From the NCBI GenBank assembly GCA_026706895.1, contig JAPOXW010000027.1, positions 8,373 to 72,372 on the forward strand: a stretch of 64,000 bases of DNA, read 5' to 3'. Positions within the stretch are counted from its first letter, which is position 1; each line of letters begins with the position of its first letter. The notes below the pieces were generated by a model. That model did not search any database, was not told the origin of the DNA, and saw nothing but the letters and a program-made list of their open reading frames with translations. Position numbers and translations under genes: made by a program. Origin of the DNA: Gammaproteobacteria bacterium (lineage in GTDB: Bacteria > Pseudomonadota > Gammaproteobacteria > Poriferisulfidales > Poriferisulfidaceae). Positions 41,968 through 50,742 of this stretch are shown piece by piece.

Positions 41968-42255
41968 TTATTCTACTAGACGCGAAGCAGGCAAACCTAC
42001 ACACACGTCGTAGGCACCCCCGAAAGAGTACCCGAAGGTTCCCGCCGTTTCCTCGTGGCTCGATCCGTAGAACGCACCGCGAAGGCTCATGCCCGAAACC
42101 GTGTCCGACCCACTGAACCGGCCAGGGTTGTTGCTGTCCAGACTCAGTTCGTTGGGCTTGAAGGAAATGTCCGACGGGCTGACGGAACTTCCATCGCCCA
42201 AGAAAAACCGCTTTTCGATTGAAACCAGCAGGTCCGGCTCATTGTCAGTGCCCAA
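41968..42255 (-). pseudogene. fragment resembling C-terminal beta-barrel of TbpB-like/Slam-dependent surface lipoprotein
   Basis: ...GAFYGSSHEETAGTFGYSFGG... resembles the G-x-FYG...E-x-aG-x-F tail of TbpB_B_D; no signal peptide, only 95 aa. Confidence 0.2.
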
Positions 42256-42303
42256 TCCGTACGCCCCGTCGGGTGCGACACGGATGTCGAGCCCCGGACC
42301 GGT

Positions 42304-42855
42304 TCAATCTTCCCCGGGGCGGGACGCCCCTTGCCAAAATCGTTCCGGCTCCCCCTTTTCCCTGGCCAGCGTCCGCGCCAGAACAAACAACAGGTCCGAT
42401 AACCGGTTCAGGTAGACCCGCGCCGTCTCCGGCATGTCATCCAGCGCGACCACCCGCCGTTCGGCACGCCGGCAAACCGCCCGCGCCACATGGCACTGCG
42501 CCGCCTCGACGCCCCCGCCCGGAAGGACGAATTCCTCAAGCGGCGGCAACGCGGCATTCAGTTTCTCGATCCAGCGTTCCAGTTGGGCTGATTTCTCTTC
42601 ACCTTTCCACTCCAACTTTCCCTGTGCAATGATTGCGCCCAAGTCGAACAGGTCCTGTTGCACCTCTTCGACCCACCGACAGGCCTCCATACCTGCCGCC
42701 AAGGCGAGCAATAGCCCCAGCTGGCAGTTGAGTTCGTCGACCGTGCCCAGCGCCTCGATTCGAGGATCGTCCTTCGGCAACCGGACGCCCCCCGCGATGC
42801 CGGTCGTCCCGTTGTCTCCGCTTCGGGTCGTCACGCGCGAGATGCGGTAGGCCAT
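42304..42855 (-). CDS. PduO-type ATP:cob(I)alamin adenosyltransferase
   Basis: TRSGDNGTTG N-terminal motif, 183 aa. Confidence 0.8.
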   Translation of the reverse strand: MAYRISRVTTRSGDNGTTGIAGGVRLPKDDPRIEALGTVDELNCQLGLLLALAAGMEACRWVEEVQQDLFDLGAIIAQGKLEWKGEEKSAQLERWIEKLNAALPPLEEFVLPGGGVEAAQCHVARAVCRRAERRVVALDDMPETARVYLNRLSDLLFVLARTLAREKGEPERFWQGASRPGED

Positions 42856-42864
42856 GTTCGAACC

Positions 42865-43350
42865 TTATCGGAAGCTGTCCAAAACGGCGATGACGTCCTG
42901 GGCATGCCCTTTCAGGGGCACCGACCTCCAGATGTGGCGGATGAGGCCCTCCGGGTCGATCAGGAAGGTCTGGCGCTTGGCATACGAGATGCCAAGCAAC
43001 CCGCTGTGCGCACCGTAGCGTTCGGCGACCCTTCCTTCCAGGTCCGACAGCAGCGTGAACGGCAGATCGTATTTGTTGATGAATTTCTGGTGGTTGTCCG
43101 CATTGTCTATGCTGATTCCGACCACCTTGGCGTTCCGCTCGTGGAACAGCGCGATCTCGTCTCGAAATGCACAGGCTTCCATGACACAGCCCGGCGTGTT
43201 GTCCTTCGGGTAGAAGTACAGCACCAGCCACTGCCCGACATAATCCGAAAGGTGATGAGGCACCCTGTTCTCATCGGTCAACGTGAAGCCGGGAGCCGGC
43301 ATGCCCGCCTCCAGGAATTCGGGGGTCGGCGGCGTGCTCAACCCCAGCAT
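42865..43350 (-). CDS. bcp: thiol peroxidase Bcp (peroxiredoxin)
   Basis: YFYPKDNTPGCVMEAC peroxidatic Cys motif; start at 43350 or 43302. Confidence 0.8.
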   Translation of the reverse strand: MLGLSTPPTPEFLEAGMPAPGFTLTDENRVPHHLSDYVGQWLVLYFYPKDNTPGCVMEACAFRDEIALFHERNAKVVGISIDNADNHQKFINKYDLPFTLLSDLEGRVAERYGAHSGLLGISYAKRQTFLIDPEGLIRHIWRSVPLKGHAQDVIAVLDSFR

Positions 43351-43462
43351 GGTCAGGCTCCGGCGGAGCCCCGACAGGAAGTCGCTCACCGAAGCACCTC
43401 CCCTGCCCATCTTGGCATACGGCGACGCGGTTGCCGGAAATTTTCGAGCCGGAAGCGGGAGA

Positions 43463-44863
43463 TCACGGTGCGGCAATATCCCCGCTGGTCTGGAACCAGC
43501 GGAGCTGTTCGCGCAGGCGGACGACCTCGCCGATCACGATGAGGGTCGGCGGCGCCACATCCTGCGATTGGACGAGTTGTGGAAGATCCTCCAGGGTGCC
43601 GGTCAACACTCGTTGCTCCGGCGTGGTGCCCCGGGTAATCAGCGCGGCCGGGGTGCTGGCGTCCAAACCGTGCTGTACCAGCTGCTTGCAGATCTCCGGG
43701 CAGCCGGCCAGACCCATGTAGAACACCAGCGTCTGGCGCGGGTGCGCCAGCATGTCCCAGTTCAGGTTGACGCTTCCGTCCTTGAGGTGGCCAGTGACGA
43801 AGATGCAGGCCTGCGCGTAATCGCGGTGGGTCAGAGGGATGCCCGCATAGCTGGCGCAGCCATTGGCGGCCGTGATTCCGGGAACGATCTGGAACGGGAT
43901 GCCTTCCTCCATCAGGGTCGCGATTTCCTCTCCTCCGCGGCCGAACACCAGCGGGTCGCCCCCCTTCAGGCGCAAGACCCGCTTGCCTTCCCGGGCAAGG
44001 CGGACCAGCAACGCGTTGATCGATTCCTGTTCGATGGCGTGCTGCGCGCGCTCCTTCCCTGCATAGATTTTCTCGATATCGCCCCGGAGCAGGGCCATGA
44101 TCGGATCCGATACCAACCGGTCGTAGACCACCACGTCGGCCTGGTGAATCAGTCGCAATGCCCGGAACGTCAGGAGATCCGGATCACCTGGCCCCGCGCC
44201 GACCAGATAGACCTCCCCGGTGTCGGGGACCTGCCCGCGCTCCAGTTCCTGCTGCAGGGTACTGTCTGCCTCCGCCTCGCGACCGTCCAGCACCTGCTCG
44301 GCGACCGGCCCGGTCAGAACCGCTTCCCAGAAGCGGCGGCGCAACCGGCGTTCGGGGAATTTCTCCCGCGCCGCGCCCCGGAATCTCTCGACCAGAGCCG
44401 CCAATCTCCCGAACGCGCCGGGAATGCGGCTTTCCAAGTGGTTTCGCAGCAACCGCCCGAGTACGGGCGAAGCGCCGTCGGTGCAGATTGCGACCTGAAT
44501 CGGGTCCCGCCGGATTACCGAGGGCAACAATACGTCTCCCGCATCGGCCTTATGGGCGGCATTGACCAGGAGGCCCCGCCCCCGTGCTTCCTCTGCAATC
44601 TTGTCGTTTAGTGCCGCATCGCTGCTGGCAATCACGACCAGGAAGATTCCCTCCAGATCCTTTTCCTGGAAGTCCCGGGCCTGATAATCGATGCGACCCG
44701 CCTCGGCATGATCGCGTATCGAATCGACGGCTTCGGGGGCGACTACGCGTACTGGCGCACCCGCGCGCACCAATGCTTCGATCTTCCGCGCAGCAACCGG
44801 TCCAGCACCGACCACTAGACAGCGGCGATCCGCGACATTGGCAAACAGGGCGAGCGAAGCCAT
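43463..44863 (-). CDS. cysG: siroheme synthase (precorrin-2 dehydrogenase/ferrochelatase + uroporphyrinogen-III C-methyltransferase)
   Basis: N-terminal Rossmann VVGAGPVAARK; C-terminal VYLVGAGPGDPDLLT methylase. Confidence 0.9.
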   Translation of the reverse strand: MASLALFANVADRRCLVVGAGPVAARKIEALVRAGAPVRVVAPEAVDSIRDHAEAGRIDYQARDFQEKDLEGIFLVVIASSDAALNDKIAEEARGRGLLVNAAHKADAGDVLLPSVIRRDPIQVAICTDGASPVLGRLLRNHLESRIPGAFGRLAALVERFRGAAREKFPERRLRRRFWEAVLTGPVAEQVLDGREAEADSTLQQELERGQVPDTGEVYLVGAGPGDPDLLTFRALRLIHQADVVVYDRLVSDPIMALLRGDIEKIYAGKERAQHAIEQESINALLVRLAREGKRVLRLKGGDPLVFGRGGEEIATLMEEGIPFQIVPGITAANGCASYAGIPLTHRDYAQACIFVTGHLKDGSVNLNWDMLAHPRQTLVFYMGLAGCPEICKQLVQHGLDASTPAALITRGTTPEQRVLTGTLEDLPQLVQSQDVAPPTLIVIGEVVRLREQLRWFQTSGDIAAP

Positions 44864-44930
44864 AACCTTCCCAAAACGGAGTTAGAGTAAAATCAATTTT
44901 ATTATCAACCTAAAAGGAATCTTTTGGAGC

Positions 44931-45011
44931 CATGTTTCGACTGATCGCGATCCTGATTGGCCTTGCCATTCTCGCTTCGGCCATCTACTTTGCGCTGGTC
45001 GGCGGCTAAAA
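44931..45011 (+). CDS. candidate 26-aa single-TM hydrophobic peptide (MFRLIAILIGLAILASAIYFALVGG)
   Basis: ATG with GGAG/AAGGAA upstream in AT-rich divergent intergenic region; below ORF-track size cut-off. Confidence 0.2.
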
Positions 45012-45226
45012 GCCGCAACAGCAGGACATGCAAAGTAGGCGGATGTCACCTGTTCAAGGTGGTGTCCGTTTAAACATCTGGCGGCATATGCTTGGACGGA
45101 TGTTTTCATTTTCTCGGTTCAGGGCCTTGAGCTTGAACCTCAAAATCACTCTTAATTTAAGAATGGGGCAAAGTTTCCCCGCGATTTCTATCGTGTCCAC
45201 ACCACTCTCGAATGCGTGGGGAAGAC

Positions 45227-46708
45227 ATGGCTAAGCGGAAAGCGGAAGCAACACGCGTTCCGACAGAAGAAACCAGAGCCCCCGAAAGCCTTCAGATGGA
45301 ACCCGAGGTAATGCGGGACCTTGCACAAAAGGCGGCAGAACTTGTAGTGGAATGGTCCGAAAACCTGCCCGAGAAAGATGCTTGGGAGGGAGAGTTCAAA
45401 AAGGAGCTTGAGGAGCAGTTCATGGAGGATGCTCCTGAGAGCGGGAGGTCCGCGACGGAGGTTCTTGAGCAGGCCGCGCGGGAGATTCTTCCAGTTGCGA
45501 CACGGTTATCGCATCCTCGCACTTTTGCGTTTATCCCATCGTCTCCCACATGGCCCGGAGTGCTGGCCGATTTCATGGCGGCGGGATACAACATCAATTC
45601 GGCTACCTGGCTGACTGCAAGCGGACCCAGCCAGATCGAACTGACAGTCATCGGCTGGTTCCGGCACTGGCTGGGTTACCCAAGTGATGCCGGCGGGCTT
45701 CTCACAAGCGGGGGATCGGCGGCCAGCCTAAATGCCCTCGTTGCGGCACGGGAAGCCGCGGGCAACCCCGAGCAGGGAACCGTGTATATGAGCGATCAGA
45801 GTCATACCGTACAGGTCCGGGCGGCAAAGATCGTGGGTGTTCGGTCGGAACATATACGCATGATTCCATGCGATCAATACTTCCGCATCGACATGAAAGC
45901 CCTGGCTCATGCCGTAGATGAAGACCTTGCTTCAGGGCTCAGTCCCATCGCCGTGTGTGCCAATGCGGGAACCTCCAGTACCGGGGCGATCGATCCGCTT
46001 GAGGCGATGGCAGATTTTTGCGAGAAACAGGGCATCTGGCTGCATGTGGATGCTGCTTACGGGGGGTTTGCAGTCGTAACCGAGAAAGGAAAGACGTTGT
46101 TGCGCGGAATCGAACGTGCTGATTCGGTTGTGCTAGATGCCCACAAGTGGTTTTTCCAGCCATACGAAGCCGGTGGCCTCTTGGTTAAGGACATACGTAC
46201 CCTCGAGCGTACGTTCACAATCCACCATGATGTTCTCCAAGATACGCTTTGGGGCGCGGATCATCCGAATTTTTCCGATCACGGCTTGCAACTGAGCCGT
46301 TCGTTCAGGGCTTTAAAAATCTGGATGTCGGTCCAGACCTTCGGGATGGCGGCATTTCGAAAGGCTGTCGCAAAAGGAATGGAATTGGCCAGCCGGGCGG
46401 GCGAATACGTTGAAGAACACAAAAATTTCGAGCTCCTGAGCCCGGTAACCTTGAGTATTGTATGTTTTCGGATTAATCCCGCTGAGGCTCATCTCGACGA
46501 GAAGGCTTTGGAAGAAATCAACCGGGCCGTGCTGGCTCGCGTCTTCTGGGACGACCGTGCGCTCATGTCGTCGACGACGCTTGGAAGAACTTTTTCGCTC
46601 AGGCTTTGCATCCTGAACCACATGACCACCTGGAGTGATGTGTACGAAACCTTAGAAGCAATTGAACGGTTCGGGGAAGAAGCGCTGGAGGACCAAAAGC
46701 GACCCTGA
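45227..46708 (+). CDS. group II pyridoxal-phosphate-dependent decarboxylase (aromatic amino acid / diaminobutyrate / cysteine sulfinate decarboxylase family)
   Basis: SGGSAASL and LDAHKW (PLP lysine) motifs; start at 45227 (RBS) or 45212. Confidence 0.8.
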   Translation: MAKRKAEATRVPTEETRAPESLQMEPEVMRDLAQKAAELVVEWSENLPEKDAWEGEFKKELEEQFMEDAPESGRSATEVLEQAAREILPVATRLSHPRTFAFIPSSPTWPGVLADFMAAGYNINSATWLTASGPSQIELTVIGWFRHWLGYPSDAGGLLTSGGSAASLNALVAAREAAGNPEQGTVYMSDQSHTVQVRAAKIVGVRSEHIRMIPCDQYFRIDMKALAHAVDEDLASGLSPIAVCANAGTSSTGAIDPLEAMADFCEKQGIWLHVDAAYGGFAVVTEKGKTLLRGIERADSVVLDAHKWFFQPYEAGGLLVKDIRTLERTFTIHHDVLQDTLWGADHPNFSDHGLQLSRSFRALKIWMSVQTFGMAAFRKAVAKGMELASRAGEYVEEHKNFELLSPVTLSIVCFRINPAEAHLDEKALEEINRAVLARVFWDDRALMSSTTLGRTFSLRLCILNHMTTWSDVYETLEAIERFGEEALEDQKRP

Positions 46709-46758
46709 GCATCTGGAACCGGTTTACGCCCTATTCAAGTATTCGTCGACCCGCTACA

Positions 46759-48186
46759 TTAGTTGGAGTAGCCCATGACCGCCTTGACTTCAAGGAACTC
46801 CTCTAGACCGTATCGCCCCGCCTCACGACCGTTGCCAGACCGTTTATATCCTCCGAATGGTGCTTCGCTGGATGGCAGCGCTCCATTGAGGTAAACATTG
46901 CCTGTCCGAATGCGACGGGCTATGGCCTGCGCATGCTCAAGGTTGCCTGAGGAGATATAGCCGGACAATCCATATACCGTGTCGTTCGCAATCCGCACGG
47001 CATCCTCCTCGTCCGCATAACCAATCAGGGAGAGCACCGGACCGAAAATCTCTTGCCGGGCGATCTTCATTTCATTGTTTACACGGGAGAACACTGTCGG
47101 CTTCACATAGTAACCAACATTCAGGCCATCCGGTCGACCGACGCCACCCGTCACCAACTCGGCACCTTCGTCTATGCCAGCCTGGATCAAGTCCTGAACC
47201 CGGTTGAATTGCGATTCGGAGACAACCGGACCCATCGTTGTGTCCGTGGCGCTGGGATCCCCTATCTCCACTCCTTCTGCCGTTTCTCTGGCAATCGCCG
47301 CGGCTTCCTCCATGCGCGATTCAGGCACCAACATCCGCGACGGAGCAATGCAGGACTGACCTGAGTTCGTGCACAACCAAGAGACATCGCGTGGAATCGC
47401 TTCTTGGAAATCCGCGTCGTCGAGCAAAATATTGGCGGACTTGCCGCCCAACTCTTGTGCGACCCGCTTGACGGTCGGCGCCGCATTGCGTGCAACCTCA
47501 ATGCCTGCTCGTGTCGAGCCGGTGAATGAAACCATGTCGATGTCGGGGTGCGAAGCAAGAGCCGCACCGACCGTAGGGCCTTCACCGTTCACAAGGTTGA
47601 ACACTCCCGGCGGGACACCTGCGGCATCCAGAATTTCGGCGAATAGAATTGCGTTGAGCGGAGCAATTTCAGAGGGTTTCAAGATCATCGTGCAGCCCGC
47701 TGCCAGTGCCGGTGCGACCTTGCAGGTAATCTGGTTCATGGGCCAATTCCACGGAGTGATAAACCCGCAGACCCCCACAGGTTCGCGCATGATGCGGGAA
47801 GGGCCCAAGTCTTCCTCGAATTTGAATTCACGCAAAACGTCAAGCGTTGTGGTCAGGTGATCCAGTCCCATGGGGACTTGTGCCGAATGCGCGAGATTGA
47901 TTGGCGCACCCATTTCTTCGCTGATCGTTAACGCAATCTCATCGGAACGAGCCTTGTAGTAATCGATGATGTTCTCCAATAATTCGACCCGTTCCTCTCG
48001 CGAAGTTCGCGAATAGGAATCAAAGGCGGATTTTGCTGCAGCGACGGCTTTGTCGACATCTTTTTGGTTCCCCGCCGTCACGGAACCGATAATTTCCTCT
48101 GTCGCAGGATTAATGACTTCCAAAGCCTGATTTGCCAAGGGCTCGACCCATTCACCATTGATATAAAACTGGGCCCGGTTCTTCAT
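46759..48186 (-). CDS. NAD(P)-dependent aldehyde dehydrogenase
   Basis: FTGSTRAG, ELGGKSAN, catalytic Cys in GQSCIA; GGAG RBS. Confidence 0.9.
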   Translation of the reverse strand: MKNRAQFYINGEWVEPLANQALEVINPATEEIIGSVTAGNQKDVDKAVAAAKSAFDSYSRTSREERVELLENIIDYYKARSDEIALTISEEMGAPINLAHSAQVPMGLDHLTTTLDVLREFKFEEDLGPSRIMREPVGVCGFITPWNWPMNQITCKVAPALAAGCTMILKPSEIAPLNAILFAEILDAAGVPPGVFNLVNGEGPTVGAALASHPDIDMVSFTGSTRAGIEVARNAAPTVKRVAQELGGKSANILLDDADFQEAIPRDVSWLCTNSGQSCIAPSRMLVPESRMEEAAAIARETAEGVEIGDPSATDTTMGPVVSESQFNRVQDLIQAGIDEGAELVTGGVGRPDGLNVGYYVKPTVFSRVNNEMKIARQEIFGPVLSLIGYADEEDAVRIANDTVYGLSGYISSGNLEHAQAIARRIRTGNVYLNGALPSSEAPFGGYKRSGNGREAGRYGLEEFLEVKAVMGYSN

Positions 48187-48397
48187 CAGAATTTCTCCGT
48201 TTTATGCGGAAGACTTCGCAAGCTGCATGAGGGTAAACGAATGTACAAAATTCTACAGGACATTTGAGTCCCGCTCTTTCAAACTAGAGTAGAAGCCGTG
48301 TCCCTCAGGGTCAGGGTCAAATCCCCAAGGTGAAGTGCGGCGAAGACTTGGCGGCCGCGCCCCCAAAATCAGTGCAAGCGGCCGGATCAGCCTCCAT

Positions 48398-49474
48398 TCA
48401 CTTGAGCAGCCAAGCGTTGAATCGTTCGTTCAGTTCGTCGATCCGGTCCGCCCAGAATTCCTTGTCGTTCCAGACTGCATTGCGGATGTTGTCCGGTGCG
48501 GTCGGCATGAGCGGGCGCATGTCCAGTTCCGGGTCAGCATGATAGGCACCGATCATCTCAGACGCGGAGCGGCGCACCGGCGCGTAGGAGATCCACGAAG
48601 CCTGCACCGCCATGTTCTCTGGGACGGAAACGAACGCCAGGAAATCCAGGGCCAGGTCCATGTCCGGCGTATCCTTCACGATCACCCAGCTGTTGACCGT
48701 CAACACCTGCGCGTCCCAAACCACCTCCAGCGACTGTCCTTCCGCTACGGCTGCGTTGAAGATGCGTCCGTTGTAGGCGGTACTCATCACGACCTCGCCA
48801 TCCACCAGCAGTTGCGGAGGCTGCGCCCCGGACTCCCACCATACGACGTGCTCCTTGATGGTGTCCAGCTTGGCAAAGGCGCGGTCCACCCCCTCCGGAG
48901 CCTGCAACACCTCGTAGACCTTCTCCGGCGAGACACCATCGGCAACCAACGCCATCTCCAAGTTGGCCTTGGGAACCTTGCGCATGCCGCGTCGGCCGGG
49001 GAATTTCTCCAGATCGAAAAAGTCGCCGATCGTGGCTGGCGCAGGCGATAACCGTTCCCGGTCGTAGGCGAACACCGTCGACCAAGCGATGGCTCCGACC
49101 GCGCAGTCGCTGATCGTGCCTTCGTAGAAGTCCTCCACGGCCGGAGTGCCGTCTGGTGCCGGCGGCAGGATGGCGGGGTCGATCTCCTCGTGCAACCCTT
49201 CGTCGCAGCCCAGCAACACTTCGGCGGCTTGGGAATCCACAACGTCCCAAGTCACCTGGCCAGCCTGGACCTGCGCCTTGATCTCGGCAAGCCCACCGTT
49301 GTAGTCCTCGGACAGGATTCGGTGTCCGGTCTTGGCCATCCACGGCTTGTGATAGGCCTCGATCTGGCTCTGGGTGTAGGCGCCCCCGAAGGAGACCACG
49401 GTCAGTTCGCCCGCTGACGCAACGCTCGCCGCGAGACCCAAGGCCGCAGCGCAAGGAAACAAATGAAATTTCAT
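48398..49474 (-). CDS. periplasmic substrate-binding protein, PotD/PotF-like (paralog 3)
   Basis: Start MKFHLFPCAAALG signal peptide; ~80% identical by eye to paralogs 1 and 2. Confidence 0.8.
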   Translation of the reverse strand: MKFHLFPCAAALGLAASVASAGELTVVSFGGAYTQSQIEAYHKPWMAKTGHRILSEDYNGGLAEIKAQVQAGQVTWDVVDSQAAEVLLGCDEGLHEEIDPAILPPAPDGTPAVEDFYEGTISDCAVGAIAWSTVFAYDRERLSPAPATIGDFFDLEKFPGRRGMRKVPKANLEMALVADGVSPEKVYEVLQAPEGVDRAFAKLDTIKEHVVWWESGAQPPQLLVDGEVVMSTAYNGRIFNAAVAEGQSLEVVWDAQVLTVNSWVIVKDTPDMDLALDFLAFVSVPENMAVQASWISYAPVRRSASEMIGAYHADPELDMRPLMPTAPDNIRNAVWNDKEFWADRIDELNERFNAWLLK

Positions 49475-49678
49475 AATGGCATCCCAAAAATATCTCAGAT
49501 GAATGGCATTTATATGGCACCACATTCTGGGACGGCAGTCTCAGGCATTTCAACTGACCGGCAAGTACGTCCAGCGTCTGACGGTGAAGTCGTCGTGCCT
49601 CGGGATACCCATGCGACAACGGATTCAAGTATACGACACCGAGCTTAAAAACCACAGGACTGACACATTCCCCTAGCC

Positions 49679-49706
49679 ATTGACAGCCCCAACTACACTC
49701 ATATAA
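49679..49706 (+). promoter_or_regulatory. consensus sigma70 promoter TTGACA-N16-TATAAT upstream of relB, followed by second TTGACA and ACTATAGT palindrome (operator candidate)
   Basis: Read directly; coordinates approximate to +/-2 nt. Confidence 0.5.
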
Positions 49707-49744
49707 TGTTATTGACACTATAGTACATTACACAGGAACTTATT

Positions 49745-49966
49745 ATGTCCCAAATCAGCGCACGCTTGCCAGACCCGTTAGTCAGCGCGCTGGATGCCGC
49801 TGCAAATCAACAAAAACGCAGCCGGGCGGCAATTATCCGCCAGGCGGTTGAACACTATCTTGAAGACTACGAGGATTTATCTATATCCATTGAGCGACTC
49901 CGAGATCCAAACGACCCCGTGCTGGACTGGGAAAAAGTAAAAAATGAGTTGCTCCATACGGATTAA
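49745..49966 (+). CDS. ribbon-helix-helix antitoxin (RelB/DinJ/ParD-like)
   Basis: 73 aa, N-terminal RHH pattern SARLPDPLVSALDAAA...RSRAAIIRQAVEHYL. Confidence 0.7.
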   Translation: MSQISARLPDPLVSALDAAANQQKRSRAAIIRQAVEHYLEDYEDLSISIERLRDPNDPVLDWEKVKNELLHTD

Positions 49967-50198
49967 GCGCAGCGCCCAGAAAGAATTACGGCGGATCGCC
50001 AAATCGGAACGCAAGCGGATCATCGAAGCCATTGGCCAATTGGCAGAAAACCCTTTTGCCGGCTCTATCCTCAAAGGATCACTGCGAGGAATCTATCGGC
50101 TCCGGGTTGGAGACTACCGGGTGTTGTACGAACTTGGAGAAAATGTATTGATCTTGCGCGTTGCCCATCGACGGCAAGCGTACCGCGGATTAGAGTAG
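49944..50198 (+). CDS. RelE/ParE-family toxin
   Basis: IYRLRVGDYRVLYEL...VLILRVAHR signature; overlaps antitoxin 3' end. Confidence 0.75.
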   Translation: MSCSIRIKRSAQKELRRIAKSERKRIIEAIGQLAENPFAGSILKGSLRGIYRLRVGDYRVLYELGENVLILRVAHRRQAYRGLE

Positions 50199-50268
50199 TC
50201 GCGCTTCACGAAGCTGTAATGAGATGGCCCGCTCTTTCCTTAAGTTCAATAAAGTGGAAGAGATGTGT

Positions 50269-50742
50269 CTAGCCGGGAGTCCGGCGCAGGCTCAGAAAGA
50301 TCAAGGCGATGACGCCCAGGGAAATCGCGGCATCGGCCAAGTTGAAGGTCGGCCAATACCAACCGCGGTAATGCAGCACGATAAAGTCCGTTACCGCGCC
50401 CGTGGACAGACGGTCAACCAAATTGCCAGCCGCACCGCCCAAAATTAACGCAAGCGGCCATAGCAACCGCCGTTCCGCGGAGGTCAGGCGATGAATCCAC
50501 ACGCCCAGCCAAATCATGATCGCGATACTGACCGCCGACAGGAATCCACGTTGCCAGCCTCCGGCATCGTGCAAAAGGCTGAACGCGGCCCCTGTGTTGT
50601 AGGTCAGCTGAAAAGACAGGAAGGGAAGCAGCACCAATTCCTGATGTAGTGCAAAAGCACGTTCAATCAAGAATTTACTCAACTGATCCAGCACCAGCAC
50701 TCCGCCCGCCACCGGAAGTGCCACGCGCCACGAATCAGACAT
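50269..50742 (-). CDS. lspA: lipoprotein signal peptidase
   Basis: 157 aa, NxGAAFS and FNLAD motifs. Confidence 0.9.
   Translation of the reverse strand: MSDSWRVALPVAGGVLVLDQLSKFLIERAFALHQELVLLPFLSFQLTYNTGAAFSLLHDAGGWQRGFLSAVSIAIMIWLGVWIHRLTSAERRLLWPLALILGGAAGNLVDRLSTGAVTDFIVLHYRGWYWPTFNLADAAISLGVIALIFLSLRRTPG

Noticed and set aside
40842-42116. 424-aa plus-strand ORF
   Set aside because: It is antisense to the PotA-like ATPase, which has clear Walker/signature motifs.
43283-44611. 442-aa plus-strand ORF
   Set aside because: It is antisense to cysG and its composition is low-complexity.
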